This document shows, in pieces, positions 50,785-63,185 of a stretch of DNA of 64,000 nt (position 1 is the stretch's first letter; every line of letters starts with the position of its first letter). The position numbers and the translations under genes are program-made. The stretch covers positions 31,156 through 95,155 of the forward strand of contig NW_021833008.1 of assembly GCF_006345805.1 (NCBI RefSeq), in the 5' to 3' direction. This DNA comes from Octopus sinensis. Taxonomy: Eukaryota. Under the pieces are notes generated by a model, which saw only the letters and a list, made by a program, of their open reading frames with translations, did not search any database and was not told the origin of the DNA.

Positions 50785-53700
50785 GTAAATACAGATATAT
50801 GCACTTTGTATATATAAAGATTATTATATATACATATTTATATATAGATACACAAACACATATATAAATTAACCCAATAAATATCTGATTCATAATATTT
50901 GTTGTCATGATTGAGTGGTGGTTGTGGCGATGATAATTCTCTCTATGAATGCAGACAGACGTGGAGAGTGAGAGTGTGTGAAAGCGCTGTGGAAGGCAGG
51001 GAGGGGGATAACGGACGCTGTGAAACGACGTTATAAAGAGAAAGTGAATGTAAGGGAGGTAGACGCTGTGAAACGACGTTATAGATAGAAAGTGAAAGGA
51101 AGGGAGAAAAGTGAGTGAGTGATGGAGGAAGACAGATACATAAAAGAATGAGAGTGTTGGATGTTTTGTTTGTTGGACCAATGTATTAAAGTAGTATTGT
51201 TTTATTGTTTTAAAACGAAAGAGGCAATGTGTTTGTTTCAAAAATTAAAAAATCTGTTATAGTGAATGAAATTAGAATTCACACTCAGCTCAGTTTTGTA
51301 GAAAGAGTATCACGATGTGAACTCATGAGTTGGGAGTTTGACTGAGAGAGTTTATATGGTGACACATGCCAGTCCTTTCGACACCACCTAAACAATGGAA
51401 TAGTGTATAAAATGTAATTAACAACTCATTCACTTTATGAATGTCTTATGTTAGCGAAGAAACAATAACTTGACAAAACCGTTTAATGGAGACGTAGAAG
51501 GAATCGGAAAATGAGGAATAAAGATAATGAGTTGGATCAAATGTTTGCAAACATCTGAACCCAATGTTCTTTATGAACCATCTTCTTTTTAATGTCTTTA
51601 TTTTCAAGAATGAAGAGATAATGAAGAGGTGCAAAATAAAAAATCAAGCAAAATTTCATGACTTACAATCAGTTTTCTTTTGTCAGAGCCTCCTGATAAA
51701 CCACGTTCCTTGTGCGCTCATGATTGCCAAGAATGAAGAGTTTATGTGGATTTCCAACTCGAGAACAGGTACGTACAATTGACCATGACTGAAAACCGGT
51801 TGTGACAGGTTAATGCCTACAATGTCCAGTGATTGTCCCTGTGACTTGTTGATTGTCATCGCGAAGCATAGTTTTATTGGAAATTGAAAGCGTTTAAACT
51901 GAATGGGAACATCAGAGGGTGAAATACTCATTTTATGTATCATTTTGATTGTTCCTACAAATGGTCCACTCAAAATTTCAGCAGTTATAACATGGCTTTG
52001 AATCCTCCTAATAACCATTCGGGTTCCATTGCATATTCAGGCGTTTCCATATTTCTGAGCACCATGATTGGAGCACCAACTTTCAAACACAAATGATGAG
52101 GTGGAAGTCCCGGAGGTGTTAGCTTGTTGAGTAGCTCGGGTGGATATTTGACTGCATCATTCTCATATTTATTTGTATCGATGGACATGAAAGAAACTAT
52201 CTCACCAGGATTCATATCAAGTACTTGTTTATTTGTAGCATGAGCTGTGTATTATGAGGCGATAGAATAGCTCTTGCTCTTAGCCAATCGAGATCCTGGA
52301 AGTTGGTTTCGACGTCAGGTAAAACGGCTCTTATAAGTTCTTCTACATTTGGAACGAAATTCCCAAAAGGCAACCGAATATGCTCATCATCAACGAAAGG
52401 CAAAACTCCATCACCAAGATCTAATAGGTGTTTTGCGAAAGCCTCAGACTCCACATCACCATGTAGGTGGACTGTCATGTTTGTTTGAAGATGGCGACTG
52501 ATAACACTGTGCCACACAAAAGAATGCTTTATACATGCATTAACCTCATCAGCTCTAGCCTGCTCGGACAACAGGAAGAGTTTGTCGAAAATCTCCTGCC
52601 ATGAGAAACGTAGCTCCACCCATTATTTTTGTATTGTGACGCAAATCTTGGAGAGTTCTGTCAAGAGCCTCAAACATGGCCTTATTACTCATTGTAGCCT
52701 CATCCCAAATAAAAAGACTGCATTCACGAAGAAGTCTTGCTCTTGAGGAACTACGATCTATATTACATATAGGATTATCTTTCTTTCCAATGTCCATGGG
52801 CAATTTGAATGCACTATGTGCCGTACGGCCGCCTTGAAGCAGTGTCGCTGCAATACCACTTGAGGTACATGCAATGGCAAATCGACGTTCAGCGCGCAGC
52901 TTTGCGAGAATCAAATTGATAACGAAAGTTTTACCAGTACCACCTGGAGCATTCAAAAAGAAAAGCTTTCCTTGGTTCAATCTAACGCTGTCAATATTTC
53001 ATTATAAATCTCTCTTTGTTCAGGCAAAAGTCTTGGTTCATCTCGCGTAATTGTTTCCGTCAATTCGGCAATGTTGTAGTTGTTTTTGACATGTATTCAA
53101 CATCCAAAGGCGCTTCATGATGGACAGGTGTTGGCAGATGGAATTCACTTAAACCGCGTATAACATAGCGTCTGATGTGTCTGTCCATGTCGATTAATGC
53201 CTCATTATAAACATCGTCGTTGCCATCACGTTGCGCTAAATTAGCCTGTATGTCCTTTGATAGGCTCTGTCTGAACGATTCCAAAGGTTAAGAGGGTTGC
53301 TGGGATTACAGTGGATTAATATGCTACAAAACAATCGACGCATTTGCCATGGCAGTTTACAATTTGAGGCCTCTGCTAATGTCCTGTGTAAGTGGTCGTC
53401 ATTGAGAAGAAGTCCGCGCCTCAAACATGTTTTCCTGTAAGTGGCGCAGATGATACCATCAACCGTGCGAAGATCAGCAAAAGACTTCGGTCCAGTAACT
53501 ACATGAAGTAGCATTCTCAAAAAGATTTCCTGTTTGGTAGGATGGATATTATACACACGCCAAATGACGTTCTTCCTAGAAACACCGGGCCAATTGTCAA
53601 GTTCTGTTCCATGTGACCTGCGCTTCCAATTATTGTTGTTGTATGTGTAATATTCCGGTACTTCAGGGTAAATGAGAGTAGCAGCAAACTCATCAACTGA

Positions 53701-54938
53701 ACACAATTTAAAAAATGCTGTAAGCGTAGTCCCTTTTGGATTTTCAATGACTTGACGTGCATTTTTCTCTGTGAAGTAAACCAGCTGTCTCTTCTGTAAA
53801 TGAACATTCAGGTGGAAAACTGATGGTGAGCTTAGATGAATCTCGTATCAAAAATGCGCCACGCTGCTTAATTGGAGGATACATACCTACCCCAAACGAA
53901 TTGTTTAATTTCGTCATGTCTAAGGTCTTCATCACTGAACACAAACACGGCCATATCATCGCCCTTATTAATGTACTTGCAGAGGTATTGTATGCATCTC
54001 ACCGAACTGCAGTACTCAACATTAATGTGTGCATTAAATGTTTTGGAAAGCAAAGGGTTGAATGGAACGATCCAGGTATTATCAACATCGAATGTTTTTA
54101 GCCGTTGTTTAATTGTAGCTGTGCGGCGACCCAAACCTGGGTCACATATATGAAAGAGAGGACGGGAAAATGAAATTTTTGCAATGTAAACATGATTTGT
54201 TTAAGAGAAAGATTGTCATGATTGTGTGTTGGCGGTGGCGATGATAATTATCATTAGGAAAAACATAAGTTGTGGCGATGATAATTCTAGACCCCTTTTC
54301 ACATTTTGATGAAGAGAACCCGATTTCATTCGGGTCTACTGGGGCCACATATAGGGTGTGTGTGTTGTGTGTGTGTGTGTGTGTGTGTGTGTGCACACTG
54401 TAGAAATTAAATTAGAGATCAAACCACTAACAGGGAAATGAAACAGTAAAAAAACAAAAACATAAAAATATAATATTAGATATATGTATATATATGTGTG
54501 TGTGTGTGTGTGTGTGGTGACAGTTGACAGGTAGAAAATGGCGATGGCGATGGGGATGGCGATGTAATATTTGTTACTGTCCATGAACGCTGATAGATAC
54601 ATGAGTAAAATGTATAGGAAGGTAGAGATAAGAGTGAGTGAAATGTTCTTGGAAGAGAGTAAAGAGCGACAGAGCGATTTGAGGAAGACTTTACATTAAA
54701 TAACGGTAGTTGCATTGTCAAATGAAGAGGAGTGACAGAGTACTGGAGGAAATAGGGTGAGGTAGGAAGATGGCCCCTAGCAACCACACCTTTTAAGATA
54801 GGGATTTGTAAGGTAGCCCACGCGCATCGTCACCTCATTCTACATGTCCCTGTAAATTTTGGAGCGAATCGGACGAGATGTAGTGGCATTGAAAGCGAAC
54901 CAAGCGGTAAAAACGCATTTCAGTTTTATATATAGAGA
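50674..54938 (-). mobile_element. Helitron H1 array unit 4 (4265 bp) containing a RepHel remnant
   Basis: Same termini as its neighbours; internal Rep/helicase coding. Confidence 0.88.
51670..54134 (-). pseudogene. Helitron RepHel pseudogene (C-terminal Rep plus PIF1-like SF1 helicase), frameshifted, N-terminus missing
   Basis: VPFNPLL..HINVEYC..QYLCKYINKG; FFLNAPGGTGKTF (Walker A); IWDEATM (Walker B); GDFRQTLPVV; QFPIKLCFAMTINKSQGQSL; FSHGQLYV. Confidence 0.93.
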
Positions 54939-56144
54939 CTAGCTGAAGGTGACCCGCTCTACGCGCGGGTAAGAGTGTGGTTGTTACTTTCTGTTGCTTC
55001 CTTTCAGCACGTAAAAAGCACCATCAGAACGTGGCCGATTGCAGCACCGCCTTGACTTGCTTCTGTGCCGGTGGCACGTAAAAAGCACCAACCGATCGTT
55101 GCCACTGCAAGCCCCCCTGGCACCAGTGCCGGCGGCACGAAAAAAGCACCAACTACACTCACAGAGTGGTTGGCGTTAGGAAGGTCATCCACCTGTAGAA
55201 ACACTGCCAGATCAGACTGGAGCCTGGTGCAGCCTTCTGGCTTCCGAGACCCCGGTTACACTGCGCAACCCGTGCTAGCACGGAAAATGGACGTTAAACG
55301 ATGATGATGCTGATGATTCTCCGTATTTGTTTCTCTCTCCTTTCTCTCTCACTTTCCCACTCTCTTACTTTTATTTTCTCTCGGACTCTCCCTCGCTTTC
55401 TCTTACTCTCTATCTTTATCTATCTCTCTCCCATTTATAAACAACAGAAGATCTTGAGTAAGTTGAGAAATAAAATATTTAGAAAGATCAATCAGAAATA
55501 TGAGGCAGTGGCAATGGAAAGGTCTGCTTCAAGGCAGACAGCAAAACGCTAACATTTAAAAGGGACAGACGAACTTGCGAGCTGAATAAAAATAATAAAA
55601 TATTGGAAACCAAAGTTTGAAGGGATAGAATCTGAGGATAGTAGAGTCACCATGGCTGGCATTTGTTGACGACGGACAGCAACGTATTGACAGTTTAACG
55701 GCTGGCGTAAAATTTTGAACTTGATGTAAAAGAAAATTCGTAAACACCAAGTTTTGAAGTGATTCTTTCTCACGACAGTAGACTCACCATGGCAAGCATT
55801 CAAAACTTCTTTATCATGGACGGCAACACATTGACGATTAAAAGGCTGGCGCAAATTTTTTAGCTTGATGTAACAGAGAATTCCTAAACACCCACTCCTT
55901 GAAATTTCAATCCCCTTCCAGCCCCATTTAGACCCCTTTTCACATTTTGGTTAATATAACCCGATTTCATTCGAGTCTACTGGGGCCACATTTTATAAGA
56001 TGAGGAATTTTGTCCTAGAGGTGACGCCTTTCATTTGAGGAACAAAATAGTTGTCATGCAAACTTGTCAGCACCTTTAACATAGGTGTGCATATTTTCAG
56101 CTGAATCGACCGACTACGTAATGCACACAATATATATATATGTG

Positions 56145-56176
<32 letters not shown>

Positions 56177-58338
56177 CACGCATTATATATACAAATGTAT
56201 ACAAATGAGATATATATCTGTATAAATTAAATTAGAGATAAAACCACTAATAGGCAAATCAAACAGTGAAAAACAAAAACAAAAACATAAAAAAAGAAAA
56301 TATAACATAGAAAATATATCTATATATATAAACTCTAGTTGTGTGAGTGTCTGTCCCCTTCGATTTAGATTCCTAACTCCTCCCACATTTTGCGGTGCAG
56401 TTTAACCAAATTCGGGTATCTTATAGTCGTGATCCATATCGAGCCCGTCTGACTATTAGCGCGCGTCAACGATGAGTCTAACGATTTTAAAAATAATTTA
56501 ACATAATTTTTTATTCCATTTTAATGCATAAAATGCATCGTATGTCGATGGCGGCGGAGTTGGCGTCCACGCTCACAGCTGCACCTGTTTGCTTCTCCCC
56601 CTTCCTCCCTCGTGAAGCTGTGGGGAAGGGAGTGTAAAGAAATCAACGTCGTAATGCGTTGTGAAGGAAACCAGCGTTCTTTTAGAACGACTTCATGGCT
56701 TGAAGACACCAAAACAGAAATGGCTAAGAAAGCCCGAATTTATAAGGGAAGTAACTCTCTAAAAATGCTTATATAGTTATTTCCCTTACAAACCCGAGCA
56801 ACGCCGGGCGATACTGCTAGTCTATATATATAAAACTGTAGTTGTGTGAGTGTCTGTCCCCTTCGATTTTGATTCCTAACTACTCCCACATTTTGCGGTG
56901 TAGTTTAACCAAATTCGGGTATCTTATAGTCGTGATTCATATCGAGCCCGTCTGGCTATTAGCGCGCGTCTACGATGAGTCTACGATTTTAAAAATAATT
57001 TAACATCATTTTTTATTCCATTTTAATGCATAATTTTTCGTGTGTCGATGGCAGCAGAGTTGGCGTCCATGGTCACACCTGCACCTGTGTTGCTTCCCTC
57101 CCTTCTTCCCTCCCTCGTGAAGCTGTGGGGAAGGGAGTGTAAGGAAATCAACGTCGTAAAGCGTTGTCAAGGAGACCAGCGTTCTTTTAGAACAACGACT
57201 TCATGGCTTGAAGACACTGAGTCAACGATTAAAAAAAAATTACCATCACTTTTTATTCCATTTTTAATGCATTTTTTTGCTATAACTCTCTAAAAATGCT
57301 TATATAGTTATTTCCCTTACAAACCCGAGCAACGCGGGCGATACTGCTAGTCTTTATATATAAAAGTAAGGTTGTGTGTCTGTCTCATACGATTTAGATT
57401 CCTAACCACTCCCACATTTTGCGGTGCAGTGTAACCAAAACCGGGTATCTTATAGTCGTGATTCATATCGAGCCCTTCTAGGTATTAGCGCGCGTCTACG
57501 ATGAGTCTACGATTTAAAAAAAAATTTACTATCATTTTTTATTCCATTTTAATGCATTTTTTGCTATTATATAAGGGAAGTAACTCTCTAAAAATGTCTA
57601 CGATGAGTCAACGATTAAAAAAAAATTACTATCATTTTTTATTCCATTTTTAATGCATTTTTTGCTATTTGTTTTGCTATAACTCACTAAAAATGCTTAT
57701 ATAGTTATTTCCCTTACAAACCCGAGCAACGCCGGGCGATACTGCTAGTAAAATATAAAATTGAAAACTTTAAATTATTTAAATTGAAAATAAAAATTAT
57801 TAAATTATATTTATAATTTGTTTAAAAATATATATAACTATGAAAAAGTATAATATACATAAATACAGATATATACACTTTGTATATATACATTATATAT
57901 ACATATTTATATATAGAACACACACACACACACAGATATAAATGAATGCAAGAATATCTGATTCATAATATTTGTTCTCATGCTCGTGTGTTGTTTGTTG
58001 GTGACAGACATATACTTAAAAGAACGCCGCCGAAGTGATAGGAAGGTAGGAAACAGAGTCAGTGAAAAAGAAAGGAAATAGCGATAGTGACAGATACTTT
58101 AAATAACCGTAGTGGACTTCTGAAAGTTATGTAAGAGAGGGAAAGGAGGAAATAGGGTGAGTGAGGAAGATGGCCCCTAGCAACCACACCTTTTAAGATA
58201 GGGATTTCTAAGGTAGCCCACGCGCATCGTCACCTCATTCTACATGTCCCTGTAAATTTTGGAGCGAATCGGACGGGATGTAGTGGCATTGAAAGCGAAC
58301 CAAGCGGTAAAAACGCATTTCAGTTTTATATATAGAGA
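54939..58338 (-). mobile_element. Helitron H1 array unit 5, interrupted by the 56319-57748 trimer; same subtype as 13534-15467
   Basis: Termini as above; internal sequence collinear with the reverse complement of 13534-15467. Confidence 0.85.
56319..57748 (+). mobile_element. Head-to-tail trimer of short Helitrons (H3-type 3' ends): 56319-56820, 56821-57350, 57351-57748
   Basis: Each begins TC and ends cccgagcaacgc(c)gggcgatactgCTAG; inserted between A and T with no TSD. Confidence 0.9.
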
Positions 58339-59931
58339 CTAGCTGAAGGTGACCTGCTCTACGCGCGGGTAAGAGTGTGGTTGTTACTTTCTGTTGCTTC
58401 CTTTCAGCACGTAAAAAGCACCATCCGAACGTGGCGGATTGCAGCGCCGCCTTGACTGGCTTCTGTGCCAGTGGCACGTAAAAAGCACCAACCGATCGTG
58501 GCCGCTGCAAAACACTAACATTTAAAAGGGACAGACGAACTTGCGAGCTGAATAAAAATAATAAAATATTGGAAACCAAAGTTTGAAGGGATAGACTTTG
58601 AAGATAGTAGAGTCACCATGGCTGGCATTTCTTAACGACGGACAGCAACGTATTGACAGTTTGACGGCTGGCGTAAAATTTTGAACTTGATGTAAAAGAA
58701 AATCCCTAAAAACCAAGTTTTGACTTGATTCTTTCTCACGACAGTAGACTCACCATGGCAAGCATTCAAAACTTCTTCATCATGGACGGCAACACATTGA
58801 CGATTAAAAGGCTGGAGGAAATTTTTTAGCTTGATGTAACAGAGAATTGCTAAACACCCGCTCCTTTAAATTTAATCCCCTTCCAGCCCCATTTATACCC
58901 CTTTTCACCTTTTGGTTAATATAACCCGATTTCATTTGGGTCTACTGGGGCCACATTTTATAAGATGAGGACTCAACCAAATTTCCCAAGTTCTGGTCAT
59001 AGACAATAGAACAGTCAAGCAAGTTTCCCGATTTCTGGTCATAGACCATAGAACAGTCAAGCAAGTTTCCCGATTTCTGGTCATAGACCATAGAACAGTC
59101 AACCAAGTTTCCCGAGTTCTGGTCATTTGCAGAATAAATAGAGACGCGGAGGGGCAGACGTCGTTGCAATGTAAACATGATTTGTTATAAGAGAAAGATT
59201 GCCCAGATTGTGTGTTGGTGGTGTTGGTGGTGGCGATGATAATTATCATTAGGAAAAGAGTGAGTGAGTGAGGAAGACATACATAAGTTGTGGCGATGAT
59301 AATTGTAGACCCCTTTTCACATTTTGATGAAGAGAACCCGATTTCATTCGGGTGTACTGGGGCCACATATAGGTGTGTGTGTGTGTGTGTGCACGCTGTA
59401 GAAATTAAATTAGAGATAAAACCACTAATAGGGAAATGAAACAGTAAAAAACCAAAAACAAAACATAAAAATAAAAATATATATTAGATATATGTATATA
59501 TGTGTGTGTATGTGTGTGTGTGTGTGTTGACAGGTAGACAATAGAATGCGATGGCGATGGGGATGGCGATGTAATATTTGTTACTGTCCATGAACGCTGA
59601 TAGATACATGAGTAAAATGTATAGGAAGGTAAGAGATAGAGTGAGTGAAAATGTTCTTGGAAGAGAGTAAATAGCGACAAAGTGATTTGAGGAAGACTTT
59701 ACATTAAATAACGGTAGTTGCATTGTCAAGTGAAGAGGAGTGACAGAGTACTGGAGGAAATAGAGTGAGGTAGGAAGATGGCCCCTAGAAACCACACCTT
59801 TTAAGATAGGGATTTCTAAGGTAGCCCACGCGCATCGTCACCTCATTCTACATGCCCCTGTAAATTTTGGAGCGAATCGGACGGGATGTAGTGGTATTGA
59901 AAACGAACCAAGCGGTAAAAACGCAATTTCA

Positions 59932-59940
<9 letters not shown>
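58339..59940 (-). mobile_element. Helitron H1 array unit 6, with internal deletion near 58508; 5' end merges into (TA)n
   Basis: ga|ctag junction at 58338/58339; cagttttatat at 59930-59940. Confidence 0.82.
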
Positions 59941-59981
<41 letters not shown>

Positions 59982-60083
59982 AAAAAAGGAGATGTCGAAC
60001 ACGAGTGGTGATATATAAAAAAGGAAATGAAGAAAATGCTGACAATAATTGAAGTAATTTAAGTAATTTAATTAGGTGAAAGT

Positions 60084-60130
60084 TCTTTTTACCGGTTGCG
60101 CATTTGTTATGCTTATCAAAATATAAAAGA
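60084..60130 (-). ncRNA. Non-canonical minimal hammerhead-like motif in the left (inverted) pLTR
   Basis: Exact reverse complement of the motif at 62906-62952. Confidence 0.5.
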
Positions 60131-60815
60131 GAGATTAGAGTCTGTCTCTTATATGTAAAAAATAGAGGCTCCAGAGTTGTTTTGGATTTGCTTGGTTTCG
60201 CGCCTAAAATTTTGATTGGTCATTATGAAGGGGTCACGTGAATGTTTGAATGAAGTTGGTGTTGGGGTAAGAAAAAAGGCTCCAGAGAAGTTAAAATTTG
60301 GCTAGTGTCCCGCCTAAAATTTGTTATTGGCCATAATAAAGAGGTCACGTGAATGTTTAGAATTTTCGAAAATAGTGTCGTTGAAAATTCTTATTGTTCA
60401 GGCTGGTCAGTAGACGTCATGTGGATATTTTAAATAGCTTTTTAGCGCGTAGTTAGGGAGTGTATTTTCCGCTTGACTGGATAAGTAAGTTCGTTTAGAA
60501 CAGGGAGAGCTATATGTATGTATGTGTTGGCGTAAGTGGGAGCTGTTTTCGTTCCCATTGCCGTCCCTGATTTCTGTCTGTAGAATTTGTTGTTGAAGGT
60601 GAAGAAATTATTCTCTAAGATGAATTTGAGTCCTTCTAAAATAAATTCCTTTTTGATGCGGTGTGGGAGTTCGTTGGAGTAATTATCCAGCCAGAATTGG
60701 ATAGCTTCTATTCCTAGGTTGTGGGGGATGTTGGAGTAAAGATTGACTACATCGAATGTTACTAGCAGGGTTTGGTCAGCAAGAAGTGTATTGGGGAGGT
60801 GGTTGAGCATATCTA

Positions 60816-62198
60816 GATGTAGTCAATCTTTACTCCAACATCCCCCACAACCTAGGAATAGAAGCTATCCAATTCTGGCTGGATAATTACTCCAACGAAC
60901 TCCCACACCGCATCAAAAAGGAATTTATTTTAGAAGGACTCAATTCATCTTAGAGAATAATTTCTTCACCTTCAACAACAAATTCTACAGACAGAAATCA
61001 GGGACGGCAATGGGAACGAAAACAGCTCCCACTTACGCCAACTTAGTCATGGGATACCTGGAAATCACCCTCTATAATAACGTTCTTAACCAATTTGGCA
61101 CCACTCTCCACACACACATAGAGAAGAACTGGAAGAGATATCTTGATGACTGCTTCATCCTTTGGCCCGAAACCGTCGAGAAGCTTAACGAATTTCACAC
61201 TCTTATAAATGGGCTCAACACAAACATTATTTTCACAATGGAATACAGCCCTCAACAAATTCCCTTCCTCGACATCCTCATTAAAATTCACAACAAAAAA
61301 ATAGAAACAGACATATACTACAAGCCCACAGACTCCAAGCAATACCTCCCTTTCAGTTCATGCCACCCTAGACACGTTAAAATAACATTCCCTACAACTT
61401 AGCCAAGAGAATTTGCACTATAGTCTCCAATAAAAACACCCGTCTCTTACGTCTACAAGAACTCAAGGGCACATTAACAAGCAGGGATTACCCCACGTCA
61501 CTAATTGACAATGGGATCCAACGCGCCCTAAAACTCAGCATGCAGGAACTTAGACGCCCTAAACCTGTTAATCGAAACCCCATACTCTACCATACATCTC
61601 TACACACAACCCCCTCAACAATGAAGCTTTTGACACCATCCTCCAGAACATTCCTGTATTACAAAAGGACCATAGAATGAACCAAATCCTCCTAACACAC
61701 GAAATCATAAAGAGCAAAAGGCAACCCAAATCATTGAAAACCATCCTAACAAATGCCAAAGTACTGCCAACCACAACAACTAAACCCACAGTAAACAAAT
61801 GCAATAGACCCAACTGTGGTATATGCATCAACCTAATAGAAGGTCCGGAATTCCTTTTTAAACAAGGACAACGTTTCACAGTAAAACACAACTTCACATG
61901 CGCATCAGAAAACCTAGTATATGTCTTAACTTGCTCGGGCTGTAATGAACACTACATAGGCCAAACAAAAAATAGCCTCCGCCAACGCATGACTGTCCAC
62001 AGATCCCAAATAAAAATACAGGAATATAGAAAAATAGCATTTAGTGCACATATTGATACCTGTGCCGCACAACTCCATCCCAATTTTAGAATCTTTCCCC
62101 TCTACAAATTTAAAGACAATGCCACTCATACCCAGCGAATAACCATGGAATCCCACCTTATTAATAAATACAGACCACTTCTAAACACATGCCCCTAA
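60816..62198 (+). pseudogene. Penelope RT plus GIY-YIG endonuclease, split by a few frameshifts
   Basis: ORF pieces 61010-61402 and 61677-62198; 1-nt deletion near 60940 relative to the inverted copy. Confidence 0.88.
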
Positions 62199-62905
62199 CA
62201 CGAACCCACAACAAACACACTTACACCTGCACACACCCTACACACACCTTTACCCAGATATTAATACCATGACACACACAAATATATGGTTCCACACATA
62301 CACATAATTGAATACGGGTGCAAAACATCCAACACTATTTTTTGGAAATGGCTGTAAATATTGACTTCACACAAATACGTTGCTTCCTGATACAGGCACA
62401 AGGCCAGCAGAACTATAAATATTGAAAATTGTACCCACACACACACACATATATACACGCGCGTTCGCCCCAACATAAATATAAACACACACACGCGCGC
62501 GCGCGCACACACATACATACATACAGCTCTCCCTGTTCTAAACGAACTTACTTATCCAGTCAAGCGGAAAATACACTCCCTAACTACGCGCTAAAAAGCT
62601 ATTTAAAATATCCACATGACGTCTACTGACCAGCCTGAACAATAAGAATTTTCAACGACACTATTTTCGAAAATTCTAAACATTCACGTGACCTCTTTAT
62701 TATGGCCAATAACAAATTTTAGGCGGGACACTAGCCAAATTTTAACTTCTCTGGAGCCTTTTTTCTTACCCCAACACCAACTTCCATTCAAATATTCACG
62801 TGACCCCTTCATAATGACCAATCAAAATTTTAGGCGCGAAACCAAGCAATCCAAAACAACTCTGGAGCCTCTTTTTTTCACATATAAGAGACAGACTCTA
62901 ATCTC

Positions 62906-62952
62906 TCTTTTATATTTTGATAAGCATAACAAATGCGCAACCGGTAAAAAGA
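62906..62952 (+). ncRNA. Non-canonical minimal hammerhead-like motif in the right pLTR
   Basis: TTGATAA-gcat aacaa atgc-GCAA-CCGG-TA; tctttt/aaaaga possible stem I. Confidence 0.5.
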
Positions 62953-63019
62953 ACTTTCACCTAATTAAATTACTTAAATTACTTCAATTATTTGTCAGCA
63001 TTTTCTTCATTTCCTTTTT

Positions 63020-63051
<32 letters not shown>

Positions 63052-63057
63052 ATAAAT

Positions 63058-63185
63058 CATTATCATCTTCATTTAACATCCATCGTCCATGCTGGCATGG
63101 GTTGGATAGTTTGACCAGGGCTGGTAAGCTGAGGCACTGCACCAGACTCCAGTCTGATTTGGTATGGTTTCTGCAGCTGGATGCC
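63058..63185 (-). mobile_element. RTE/SINE 3' tail fragment
   Basis: catttaacatccatcgtccatgctggcatgggttgg. Confidence 0.7.

Larger units (their letters stand above)
59981..63026 (+). mobile_element. Penelope-like element, 5'-truncated, with inverted RT segment and inverted pLTR at its left end
   Basis: RT DVVNLYSNIP...GTAMGTKTAPTYAN...WKRYLDDCF, IPFLDI; GIY-YIG ORF 61677-62198 (NLVYVLTCSGCNEHYIGQT..LRQRMTVH); 60011-60525 is the reverse complement of 62510-63026. Confidence 0.92.
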
